A stretch of 44,863 nucleotides of DNA from Macrostomum lignano (lineage: Eukaryota). The stretch lies in NCBI GenBank assembly GCA_002269645.1, contig NIVC01001949.1, positions 1 to 44,863 of the forward strand, in the 5' to 3' direction. The position numbers and the translations under genes were made by a program. The notes below the pieces were generated by a model. The model did not search any database, was not told where the DNA came from, and saw only the letters and a list, made by a program, of their open reading frames with translations. Positions 1 through 10,796 of this stretch are shown piece by piece (the stretch's first letter is position 1; every line of letters starts with the position of its first letter).

Positions 1-436
1 CGATTCCAGTCCTGAAGCAACTGGCAGCGCTGGACAGGGAGACAGTTTCCAGATATGAGTTCATCCTGTACGCCATGGACCGCGGCAGCCCGTCCCAGAC
101 TGGCAGCGCAACCATCGTAATCAACATCGCAGACGTGAACGACAATTATCCGAAGTTTAACAGAACTGCGTACAGCGCCAATGTCAGCGAGTCGGCGGCT
201 CTTGGGCAGACGGTGCTCTGCGTGTTGGCCACGGACCCGGACGAGGGCGTTCACGGACTGGTCCGGTACGGAATCAAGAACGTCCCGGGAGGGAAATCTA
301 CCAGGGAGTTCGTCATCAGTACCGCCAGCGATGCATCAGCGTAGCCAGGCCGCTGGACTACGAGACCCAGAAGCAGTTCGTGTTCACCGTGATCGGCACA
401 GACGGTGGCAGTTCGAAGAATTCAGCCGAAGCTGAG
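1..436 (+). CDS. Protocadherin-like gene, first visible exon (starts upstream of window); end of one cadherin repeat plus most of the next; 1-nt frameshift at ~331-334
   Basis: Translation gives LDRETVSRYEFILYAMDRGSP...DVNDNYP...ATDPDEG (cadherin Ca-binding motifs). After the TAG at 342 the protein continues in another frame as ISVARPLDYETQKQFVFTVIGTDGG. Donor GAG|GTGAGC at 436/437. Confidence 0.9.
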
Positions 437-461
437 GTGAGCGGAGCTGGGATCAGGGAAT

Positions 462-683
462 CCATGGTAAGGGACACCATGGTAAGGGACACCATGGTAA
501 GGGACACCATGGTAAGGGACACCATGGTAAGGAACACCATGGTAAGGGACGCGATGGTAAGGGACGCGATGGTAAGGGACGCGATGGTAAGGGACGCGAT
601 GGTAAGGGACGCGATGGTAAGCGATACCATCTTAAGGACGCGATGGTAAGGGACGCGATGGTAAGCGATACCATCTTAAGGAC
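462..683. repeat. 15-bp minisatellite (ATGGTAAGGGACACC/GCG) in intron 1
   Basis: Tandem copies read directly from the sequence. Confidence 0.95.
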
Positions 684-777
684 CTGAACCTGCTGTAAAG
701 TGGCGCAATAGTTATTGTCCCCTCCTCCTTCATCATGTTTGATGTTTCGACAAACCAAACGACTCAAAAACCCGCAG

Positions 778-1451
778 GTGGTCATAAACGTCTTAGACGT
801 GAACGACTTCCAACCGGAGTCAGCATCTCGGCAGTGAAGCAGGGAGTCCCGGAGGGCAATCGGACTGGCGACGTGGCCGTGGCGATGGTGACCGTGATTG
901 ACAAGGACACGGGCCCCGGAGGCGAGGTTACCTGCGAAGTAGAGCCAACGGACAAGTTCCGACTGGAAAAATCCACGGAGAATCTGTACAAACTGCTACT
1001 GACAGCCATCCTTGACAGGGAAACGACGTCCACGCAGTGGTCGAAGGTCTGCTGCAGAGATCACGGCACGCCATCTTTGAGCAGCTGCAAAGATCACAGC
1101 TTTAAGGTTATCGACATCAACGACGAAGCGCCGCAGTTCGAAAAGACACTGTATCTGGCCACTGTTGTCGAGAATACCCAGCGACTGCCTAGCGACGTTG
1201 TCAGGGTGAGGGCTATTGACCGGGATGAAGGACGCGCTAAACAACCAGGTGACTTACTTCATCGGTCAGGAGTCTGAAGAATATTTCTATATTGAGAATA
1301 GGACTGGCGTCATCAAAGTTTGGCGGCCATCGACCGAGAGACTCACGCCAGCTTTGTCATTTTGGTGACTGCGACGGACCCGGCGGGACTGCGGGACACC
1401 GCCCGGGTGAACGTCTCCGTGCGGGATGTCAACGACAATGCGCCGACTGTG
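778..1451 (+). CDS. Protocadherin-like exon (about two cadherin repeats); frameshifts at ~819, ~1239, ~1319
   Basis: Acceptor CCCGCAG|GTG joins in phase 0 (AEAE|VVINVLDVND). Motifs VTVIDKDTG..VTC, LDRE, DINDEAP, DRDEG, AIDRE, DVNDNAP. Donor GTG|GTGAGG at 1451/1452. Confidence 0.9.
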
Positions 1452-1494
1452 GTGAGGGGCTCACTTGGCATTTTTGAGGAGGAGACAGAGGATC

Positions 1495-2100
1495 GAGGGA
1501 GTCTAAGTGGGAATCAGGGGAGTCTAAGGGGGAATCGAGGGAGTCTAAGGAGAGTCTTAAGGGGAATCAGGGGAGTCCACGGGGGAATCAGGGGAGTCTG
1601 TGGGGAATCAGGGAGCCTAATGGGGAGCCAGGGAAGTCTAAGGGGAATCGGCAGAGTCTAAAGGGGAATTAAGGAGTCTAAGGGGCAATCAGGGGAGTCT
1701 AAGGGGGAATCGGGGGAGTCTAAGGGGAAATAAGGGAAGTCTAAGGGGGAATCAAGTGAGTTTAAGGGGGAATCGAGGGAGTCTAAGGGGCAATCAGGGG
1801 AGTCTAAGGGGGAATCAGGGAGTCTAAGGGGAGCCAGTGGAGTCTAAGGGAGTCAGGGAGTCTAAGGGAAATCAGGGGAGTCTAAGGGGAGTCAGGGGAG
1901 TCTAAGGGGAGTCAGGGGAGTCTAAGGGGAGTCAGGGGAGTCTAAGGGGAGTCAGGGGAGTCTAAGGGAAATCAGGGGAGTCTAAGGGAAGTCAGGGGAG
2001 TCTAAGGGGAGTCAGGGGAGTCTAAGGGGAGTCAGGGGAGTCTAAGGGAAATCAGGGGAGTCTAAGGGGAGTCAGAGGAGTCTATAGGGGAATCAGGGAG
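1495..2100. repeat. G-rich 20-bp minisatellite (TCTAAGGGGAGTCAGGGGAG) at 5' end of intron 2
   Basis: Tandem copies, more degenerate towards the 5' side. Confidence 0.95.
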
Positions 2101-2593
2101 ACAGATCATGGGAATCTAAGAATAAATCGACATAATCACGAGGGAATTACAGTGGAATCATTTGACTGTAGAAGAAATCAGAATAAACCTTGACTTGAAA
2201 TCAACTTGAGATCCGAATAATTAAGATCTTGTACGTTTTTTTATTTGAGCCCTAGAAAGGGCCGCTTTATCAGAAAAAGCTATTAAAATAAATAGTTGAA
2301 ACACTAGACTGATTGAATTTTTTCCGGAATATCTAGTTGCCCCGAACTCAACCCAGATCGAAATTGATCCGAAATCAGAACCTCCTGCATGCTTTCGTGC
2401 TCCTGCAGGAGAGACACGCTGGGCCATGCAGTCCCGTTCTCCGTGGAACATTGAACTGCACTCAGAACAAAACGCCCCATCGAAAACTCAAATTTTGTGT
2501 CCGCTTCTAAAAGCTTTTTTCTGCGCCATCAGCTCAGTTGTCAGCCTGTTTTAGTCGCCAGATTGCCTGCTGTGGGAGAAATACCTGTTCAGG

Positions 2594-3800
2594 TCTTCCT
2601 CATTTCTCACCCCTCTGACTCTCTCTTCCTCATTCTCACCCTCTGAATCTCTCTTCCTCATTCTCCCCCCTCTGACTCTCTCTTCCTCATTATCCCCCTC
2701 TGACTCTCTCTTCCTCATTAACCCCCTCTGACTCTCTCTTCCTCATTCTCCTCTCTGACTCTCTCTTCCTCATTCTCCCCCTCTGACTCTCTCTTCCTCA
2801 TTCTCCCCCTCTGACTCTCTCTTCCTCATTCTCCCCCTCTGACTCTCTCTTCCTCATTCTCCCCCTCTGACTCTCTCTTCCTTATTCTCCCTCTCTGACT
2901 CTCTCTTTCACATTCTCACCCTCTCTGACTCTCTCTTCCTCATTCTCCCCTCTGACTCTCTCTTCCTCATTCTCCCCTCTGACTCTCTCTTCCTCATTCT
3001 CCCCCTCTGACTCTCTCTTCCTTATTCTCCCTCTCTGACTCTCTCTTCCTCATTCTCCCCTCTGACTCTCTCTTCCTCATTCTCCCCTCTGACTCTCTCT
3101 TCCTCATTCTCCCCCTCTGACTCTCTCTTCCTTATTCTCCCTCTCTGACTCTCTCTTTCACATTCTCACCCTCTCTGACTCTCTCTTCCTCATTCTCCCC
3201 CTCTGACTCTCTCTTCCTCATTCTCCCCTCTGACTCTCTCTTCCTCATTCTCCCCCTCTGACTCTCTCTTCCTCATTCTCCCTTTCTGACTCTCTCTTCC
3301 TTATTCTCCCTCTCTGACTCTCTCTTCCTCATTCTCCCCCTCTGACTCTCTCTTCCTCATTCTCCCCCTCTGGCTCTCTCTTCCTCATTCTCCCTCTCTG
3401 ACTCTCTCTTTCACATTCTCACCCTCTCTGACTCTCTCTTCCTTATTCTCCCTCTCTGACTCTCTCTTCCTCATTCTCCCCCTCTGACTCTCTCTTCCTC
3501 ATTCTCCCCCTCTGACTCTCTCTTCCTTATTCTCCCTCTCTGACTCTCTCTTTCACATTCTCACCCTCTCTGACTCTCTCTTCCTCATTCTCCCCCTCTC
3601 TGACTCTCTCTTCCTCATTCTCACCCTCTCTGACTCTCTCTTCCTCATTCTCCCCCTCTCTGACTCTCTCTTCCTCATTCTCACCCTCTCTGACTCTCTC
3701 TTCCTCATTCTCCCCCTCTGACTCTCTCTTCACCATTCTCACCCTCTCTGACTCTCTTCCCCCTTCTCCATCTCTGGCTCTCTCTATCTCATTCTCACCT
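2594..3800. repeat. Pyrimidine-rich ~27-29-bp minisatellite (CTCTGACTCTCTCTTCCTCATTCTCCCC) at 3' end of intron 2
   Basis: Tandem copies running almost up to the acceptor at 3820. Confidence 0.95.
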
Positions 3801-3820
3801 CTACCACACCTCTGCCGCAG

Positions 3821-4342
3821 AGCTACCCAGACGGGCGGCAGCTGGAGGTGTCCGAGAACTGCAGCGTTGGCACCCTGGTTGGCCGGATCGAGGCGGCAGA
3901 CCCGGACAGTGGAGAATTCGGCCGAATCCGGTTTATCCTGCTGCCCGACCCGCAGTCATCGGCGTGGAGCGACTTCCGAGTCGACAGTCAATCAGGCAGC
4001 ATCAGAACCAACCAGCTGCTGGACCGCGAGCGTCAACAAGACTACCAGCTTCGAATTCGGGTAGTTGACAATCCCAACGGTGGCAGTCTGCAGCAGAACT
4101 CGGTGACCGCCACTGTGACCGTCAGGGTGTTGGATATCAACGACAACACACCGGAAATCCGGTTTCCGAGGCCGGGGAACCGGACATTCCGAGTGTCCTG
4201 GAGGGAGGCGGCATCGCAGCCTGTGCTGCAGGTCCTGGCTGTGGATCTCGACGAGGCTGAAAATGGGAAGCTGCGATTCCAGCTGGTCGGGGATTCGAAC
4301 AAAGAACTGTTTGATATCGATCCAGACAATGGCAAGATCAGG
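3821..4342 (+). CDS. Protocadherin-like exon (cadherin repeats), intact frame
   Basis: Acceptor GCCGCAG|AGC, phase 0. SYPDGRQLEVSEN..AADPDSG..LLDRE..LDINDNTP..AVDLDEAENG. Donor AGG|GTGAGT at 4342/4343. Confidence 0.92.
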
Positions 4343-4395
4343 GTGAGTTCTGTGAATCGGTGATATTCACTTATGAAACTCGCTTGAATGCATTT

Positions 4396-6610
4396 GTCAC
4401 TCAGAATCCGCTCTGGTCACTCAGAATCCGCTCTAGTCACTCAGAATCCGCTCTGGTCACTCAGAATCCGCTCTGGTCACTCAGAATCCGCTCTGGTCAC
4501 TCAGAATCCGCTCTGGTCACTCAGAATCCGCTCTAGTCACTCAGAATCCGCTCTGGTCACTCAGAATCCGCTCTGGTCACTCAGAATCCGCTCTGGTCAC
4601 TCAGAATCCGCTCTGGTCACTCAGAATCCGCTCTAGTCACTCAGAATCCGCCTAAGTCATTCAGAATCCTTTTCAGTCACTCAAAACCCTCTTCAGTCAT
4701 TCAGAATCCTTTTCAGTCATTCAGAATCCTCTTCAGTCACTCAGAACCCTCTTCAGTCATTTAGAATCCTCTTCAGTCATTTAGAATCCTCTTCAGTCAT
4801 TTAGAATCCTCTTCAGTCACTCAGAATCCTCTTCAGTCACTCAGAACCCTCTTCAGTCACTCAGAATCCTCTTCAGTCACTCAGAATCCTCTTCAGTCAC
4901 TCAGAATCCTCTTCAGTCACTCAGAACCCTCTTCAGTCACTCAGAACCCTCTTCAGTCACTCAGAATCCGCTCTGGTCACTCAGAATCCGCTCTGGTCAC
5001 TCAGAATCCGCTCTAGTCACTCAGAATCCGCTCTGGTCACTCAGAATCCGCTCTGGTCACTCAGAATCCGCTCTAGTCACTCAGAATCCGCTCTGGTCAC
5101 TCAGAATCCGCTCTGGTCACTCAGAATCCGCTCTGGTCACTCAGAATCCGCTCTGGTCACTCAGAATCCGCTCTAGTCACTCAGAATCCGCCTAAGTCAT
5201 TCAGAATCCTTTTCAGTCACTCAAAACCCTCTTCAGTCATTCAGAATCCTTTTCAGTCATTCAGAATCCTTTTCAGTCATTCAGAATCCTTTTCAGTCAC
5301 TCAAAACCCTCTTCAGTCATTCAGAATCCTTTTCAGTCATTCAGAATCCTCTTCAGTCACTCAGAACCCTCTTCAGTCATTTAGAATCCTCTTCAGTCAT
5401 TTAGAATCCTCTTCAGTCATTTAGAATCCTCTTCAGTCACTCAGAATCCTCTTCAGTCACTCAGAATCCTCTTCAGTCACTCAGAATCCTCTTCAGTCAC
5501 TCAGAATCCTCTTCAGTCACTCAGAATCCTCTTCAGTCACTCAGAACCCTCTTCAGTAACTCAGAACCCTCTTCAGTCACTCAGAATCCTCTTCAGTCAC
5601 TCAGAACCCTCTTCAGTCACTCAGAACCCTCTTCAGTCACTCAGAATCCGCTCTGGTCACTCAGAATCCGCTCTGGTCACTCAGAATCCGCTCTGGTCAC
5701 TCAGAATCCGCTCTGGTCACTCAGAATCCGCTCTGGTCACTCAGAATCCGCTCTAGTCACTCAGAATCCGCCTAAGTCATTCAGAATCCTTTTCAGTCAC
5801 TCAGAACCCTCTTCAGTCATTCAGAATCCTTTTCAGTCATTCAGAATCCTCTTCAGTCACTCAGAACCCTCTTCAGTCATTTAGAATTCTCTTCAGTCAT
5901 TTAGAATCCTCTTCAGTCATTTAGAATCCTCTTCAGTCACTCAGAATCCTCTTCAGTCACTCAGAACCCTCTTCAGTCACTCAGAACCCTCTTCAGTCAC
6001 TCAGAGCCCTCTTCAGTCACTCAGAATCCTCTTCAGTCACTCAGAACCCTCTTCAGTCACTCAGAATCCTCTTCAGTCACTCAGAATCCTCTTCAGTCAC
6101 TCAGAATCCTCTTCAGTCACTCAGAATCCTCTTCAGTCACTCAGAACCCTCTTCAGTCACTCAGAACCCTCTTCAGTCACTCAGAACCCTCTTCAGTCAC
6201 TCAGAATCCTCTTCAGTCACTCAGAACCCTCTTCAGTCACTCAGAACCCTCTTCAGTCACTCAGAATCCTCTTCAGTCACTCAGAATCCTCTTCAGTCAC
6301 TCAGAACCCTCTTCAGTCACTCAGAACCCTCTTCAGTCACTCAGAATCCTCTTCAGTCACTCAGAACCCTCTTCAGTCACTCAGAACCCTCTTCAGTCAC
6401 TCAGAATCCTCTTCAGTCACTCAGAACCCTCTTCAGTCACTCAGAACCCTCTTCAGTCACTCAGAATCCTCTTCAGTCACTCAGAATCCTCTTCAGTCAC
6501 TCAGAACCCTCTTCAGTCACTCAGAATCCTCTTCAGTCACTCAAAATCCTTTTCGGTCACTCAGAATCCTCTTCAGTCACTCAAACTCCGCTTCAGTCAC
6601 TCAAATCCGC
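4396..6610. repeat. 20-bp minisatellite (GTCACTCAGAATCCGCTCTG / GTCACTCAGAATCCTCTTCA) with higher-order blocks, 5' end of intron 3
   Basis: About 110 tandem units in two alternating variant blocks. Confidence 0.97.
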
Positions 6611-7168
6611 TGCGAAAACGCTGCAGTGTCAGTTGCAACCGGGCCAGTCACCCTGGGTAATCAGTATTTCAAGCCGGATTAAACGTCTGCCTCAGAGCGT
6701 GTTACTGACAGCTTAAGTTTTCGCTTCGGTAGCTAAAAAATGCCCAAAGCCGAATCCGAACAGGGGAAGCTGTGGAATTCCAGCTATGCGCAAATGAGCT
6801 TTTTAGGCCTTTGATGGCGCGCGAGCCCAATTCTGCTTTAACAAAGACGACCCAGCAGGGCGCGGGGTCCGCCTTTCTCTTGTCTGCTCTTTAATCTACT
6901 AGATCGTACGGGCTGGGTGAATATGATTTCTCAGACTTGGGAGGGCACCTGGGGGAGACCTGCCAAGGGCCGAGCCCCGCCTCTGATAAGGCTTCGACTG
7001 ATTGGATGTTCCCCTCTCTTTTAGTATTCTGACCACAAATCGGCTCCCCACGCCAACCTTCAGCGTGTCTGAGACTTAATTATGCCAAGCCCGAATGAGT
7101 GTGAGTCATTTCCCAACAGGATTTTTAGAGGAATATTTTTGCTGGTAATTCGATGGTAGATACATGAC

Positions 7169-8146
7169 TATTGCTTCTTCTGAGTGGGTATTGATTCTTC
7201 TGAGTGGGTATTGCTTCTTCTGAGTGGGTATTGCTTCTTCTGAGCGGGTATTGCTTCTTCTGAGTGGGTATTGCTTCTTCTGAGTGGGTATTGCTTCTTC
7301 TGAGTGGGTATTGCTTCTTCTGAGTGGGTATTGCTTCTTCTGAGTGGGTATTGATTCTTCTGAGTGGGTATTGCTTCTTCTGAGTGGGTATTGATTCTTC
7401 TGAGTGGTTATTGCTTCTTCTGAGTGGGTATTGCTTCTTCTGAGTGGGTATTGCTTCTTCTGAGTGGGTATTGCTTCTTCTGAGTGGGTATTGCTTCTTC
7501 TGAGTGGGTATTGCTTCTTCTGAGTGAGTATTGCTTCTTCTGAGTGGGTATTGCTTCTTCTGAGTGAGTATTGCTTCTTCTGATTGGGTATTGCTTCTTC
7601 TGAGTGGGTATTGCTTCTTCTGAGTGGGTATTGCTTCTTCTGGGTGACTATTGCTTCTTCTGGGTGAGTGAGTATTGCTTCTTTTAAGTGGGTATTGCTT
7701 CTTCTGGGTTGGTATTGCTTCTGGTTCTGCAGTGAGTGGGTATCGATTTTGAAGAGTGGGTATTGATTCTGCTGGGTAGGTATTGATTCTGCAGTGTGAT
7801 ATTGTTTCTGCAGTGAGTGGGTATTGATTTTGAAGGGTGGGTATTGATTCCGCTGGTTGGGTATTGATTCCGCTGGGTGGGTATTGATTCCGCTGGCAGG
7901 GTATTGATTCTGCTGGGTGGGTATTGATTCCGCTGGCTGGGTATTGATTCTGCTGGCTGGGTATTGATTCTGCTGGCTGGGTATTGATTCTGCAGTGTGG
8001 GTATTGATTCTGCAGTGTGGGTATTGATTCTGCTGGGTGGGTATTGATTCTGCTGGGTGGGTATTGATTCTGCAGTGTGGGTATTGATTCTGCAGTGTGG
8101 GTATTGATTCTGCAGTGTGGGTATTGATTCTGCTGGCTGGGTATTT
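7169..8146. repeat. 20-bp minisatellite (GGGTATTGCTTCTTCTGAGT grading into GGGTATTGATTCTGCAGTGT / CTGGGT), 3' end of intron 3
   Basis: Tandem copies in two sub-arrays. Confidence 0.95.
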
Positions 8147-8205
8147 GCTTCCCCCAAGAAAACCTGTTGCCCTAGCCATGACCCCAAACCCCAACCCACA
8201 CGCAG

Positions 8206-8742
8206 ATCAACCGCCAGATGTGTGAGTCAGACATCCGCGACCACCAGCTGACGGTGCTCGTGTCCGACTCTGCCAACCTGGAGCCGGTCCGCTCTGCTCA
8301 GATCCGACTCACAATCACCGTTGACCGGTCGATACCGAAGTTTCTGCCCACCGAGCCACGCGGCGACGGCAGCGGCGAAGGCAGTGGCGGTGGAGTCGAC
8401 AACGGAGGCAACGGCAAGACGAATGTGCCTGGCAGAGGCTTCGATGGCGTTCCCGGAGACGGCAGAAGGTCCTCAGGCGGCGGCGGTCACATCTTGGTGG
8501 CTGCGGTGGCGGTGGCCTGCGCTCTCACGTTGATTATTTTGGTTGTTGCTCTGTGCCTCTGTCACAGGCGGGGCTTCTTCGCTGAGCTGCTAGGCCCGAC
8601 AGGGTCTCAGCTGGCCCAGCAGCAACAGCAGCACAGGATGAGGCGGAAAACCAACGGGCCGGAGGCTGGGGCAGACGCCCGCCAGCCAGAGTCCCTGGCT
8701 CCGTTCCTCAGCTCCGGTGGCGGCGTCCCCTCTAGGGAGAAG
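8206..8742 (+). CDS. Protocadherin-like exon: end of last cadherin repeat, Gly-rich linker, transmembrane helix, start of cytoplasmic tail
   Basis: Acceptor CACGCAG|ATC in phase 0. Hydrophobic ILVAAVAVACALTLIILVVALCLC followed by HRR. Donor AAG|GTGAGC at 8742/8743. Confidence 0.88.
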
Positions 8743-8811
8743 GTGAGCGACAGCAGGACGTGCGGTCTCTGAACCCTGAGTTTTGAAACTTGAAGTTTGT
8801 GAAGTTTAGGC

Positions 8812-8965
8812 ATGGCATCTCAGCAACTCCCCATAGAGCCAATTGGCATCTCAGCAACTTCCCATTGAGCCAATTGGCATCTCAGCAAATCCTCACTGAG
8901 CCATGGCATCTCAGCAACTCCCCCATTGAGCCATGCCATCTCAGCAACTCCCCATGGAACCATGG
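8812..8965. repeat. ~30-bp tandem repeat (GGCATCTCAGCAACTCCCCATTGAGCCAATT) in intron 4
   Basis: About 5 imperfect copies. Confidence 0.85.
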
Positions 8966-9126
8966 CATCGATACAGACTCAGAGAGTCTGTATCGTTTCA
9001 TTGGATGCTCCATCAATATTTTTTGTATTCAAATACGTACTTTGGCGGGAAGTCGGTTATATTTGTTGATAAGACTTGACATGCCCCAGCCCTTACCTCA
9101 TGTCTTCCCTGGAACACCGCACGCAG

Positions 9127-9270
9127 TGCTTCCCATCTGTGACATCCTCGCTGAACCAATCCGAAGCTACTGCGGCGACCTTCGATGACACAGCCAATTA
9201 CGTCACCTACGGGGCTCCAGGATGCAGAGGAGGGGCCCGTCCCAGACTCTGGACACTGCCGGCGGAACTT
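9127..9270 (+). CDS. Probable cytoplasmic-tail exon of the protocadherin (48 aa)
   Basis: Acceptor CACGCAG|TGC and donor CTT|GTGAGT. The 144 nt are open in phase 0 (CFPSVTSS...TLPAEL). No family motif supports it. Confidence 0.65.
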
Positions 9271-9331
9271 GTGAGTGCAAACGGCTTGAGTAGGATTACG
9301 AGCTATTGCATAGTTAATGATTGGTTCAAGA

Positions 9332-10135
9332 ACTCCACTGTCTTCCCTGTCACTCCAGTGACTGCCCTGTCACTGCAGTGTCTTCCCTGTGACTCCAGTG
9401 ACTGCCCTGTCACTCCAGTGACTTCCCTGTCACTCCAGTGTCTTTCCTGTCACTCCAATGTCTTCCCTGACTGCCCTGTCACTCCAGTGTTTTCCCTGTC
9501 ACTCCACTATCTTGCCTGCCACTCCACTGTCTTCCCTATGACTCTAGTGTCTTCCCTATGACTCCAGTGACTTTCCTGTCACTCCAGTGTCTTCCCTGTC
9601 ACTCCAGTGTCTTCCCTGTGCCTCCACTGTCTTCCCTGTGCCTCCACTGTCTTCCCTGTGCCTCCACTGTCTTCCCTGTGCCTCCACTGTCTTCCCTGTC
9701 ACTCCAGTGTCTTTCCTGTGCCTCCACTGTCTTCCCTGTCGCTCCAGTGTCTTCCCTGTGCCTCCACTGTCTTCCCTGTCACTGCAGTGTTTTTCCTGTC
9801 ACTCTTAGGGGCGTAGCCGGCTGATCCAGGCCAAACTTTCAGGCCCCCTCCCCCGTCGCAGAGGCCTAGCACCCCCTTGCCCCGGTTGCCGCTGTGAGCC
9901 TGTGACTGACTGTGACCCGCCCCCCCCCCCAGAAGGAAATCCTGGCTACGCCACTGGTCACTCCAGTGTCTTCCCTATTACTCCAGTATCTTCCCTGTGA
10001 CTCCAGTGACTTTCCTGTCACTCCAGTATCTTCCCTGTGACTCCAGTGACTTTCCTGTCACTCCAGTGTCTTTCCTGTCACTCCAGTATCTTCCCTGTGA
10101 CTCCAGTGACTTTCCAGTCACTCTAATGACTTCCC
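9332..10135. repeat. 20-bp minisatellite (CTTCCCTGTCACTCCAGTGT/GA) in intron 5, interrupted by a MITE
   Basis: Tandem copies at 9332-9805 and 9957-10135. Confidence 0.93.
9806..9956. mobile_element. 151-bp hAT-type MITE
   Basis: Ends TAGGGGCGTAGCC ... GGCTACGCCACTG. Flanks GTCACTCT / GTCACTCC (7 of 8 match) are consistent with an 8-bp TSD. Confidence 0.8.
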
Positions 10136-10313
10136 TGCACAATATACTGTTCCTTCTGCAATAATAATTTGATGCCATATTAATTTAGCGCTTAAAATTC
10201 GAGTTCGAACCCTATCAGACTCCACCACAACTCCCTAGCCAATTAAAACAAACAGCCAAGCATACAGGCCAAAGTTGAGCATTCTGACTTATTCCCCGTC
10301 TGCCTCTTGACAG

Positions 10314-10506
10314 CGAAGTCCAAGCAGACGCCTCCACCGGGCTCGTCGGCCTACCAGGAGGCTCTGCCAAACCGCCGCGGCGCGCCGCCTTACAACGACT
10401 TGGACCTGGGCACCAGCAGGGCTGGCGGCACTCTCTACAGGACGTCGGCTGGTCAGCGCGTCGAGTTTGTACAGCTGATGGCCAGGAGCGGCTCGACAGC
10501 TGACTT

Positions 10507-10541
<35 letters not shown>

Positions 10542-10747
10542 CGCCTCCGCATCCTCTGCCCCTGGCCCTGTCTCCCGCCGGTGCACCCTGCACAGACCGC
10601 CTGTCCAGAAAGCGGCTCGGCGAATCTGCCGCATCATCAGCTGCCGACAGCCGAGCAGCCTCGTTCGATCGATTCGAAGCACCTTGCGATCGGACACTGA
10701 AGCACCAGGGCAAACTGTACAGCATTCCCAAGGCTAGCTATGTGTGA
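10314..10747 (+). CDS. Terminal coding exon of the protocadherin; polyQ, ends ...YSIPKASYV-stop
   Basis: Pyrimidine tract plus CAG at 10311-10313, with an alternative in-phase AG at 10326-10327. GC-rich open frame ending in S-x-V, a class I PDZ-binding pattern. Exact 5' boundary uncertain. Confidence 0.7.
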
Positions 10748-10796
10748 CATTCGGTGTTATAGCTGACAGGTTCAGGTAGCTGTCATCTGTTAGACA

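Noticed and set aside
358-785. MVRDT / SLTIA repeat ORFs
   Set aside because: They come from a 15-bp array inside intron 1, bounded by canonical splice sites.
1239-1320. Programmed +1/-1 frameshifting in the cadherin exon
   Set aside because: No slippery heptamer or stimulatory structure is evident, and similar indels are scattered through unrelated genes.
7106-8199. 362-aa and 171-aa minus-strand ORFs
   Set aside because: They are translations of the 20-bp intronic minisatellite, antisense to the protocadherin, and show no domain.
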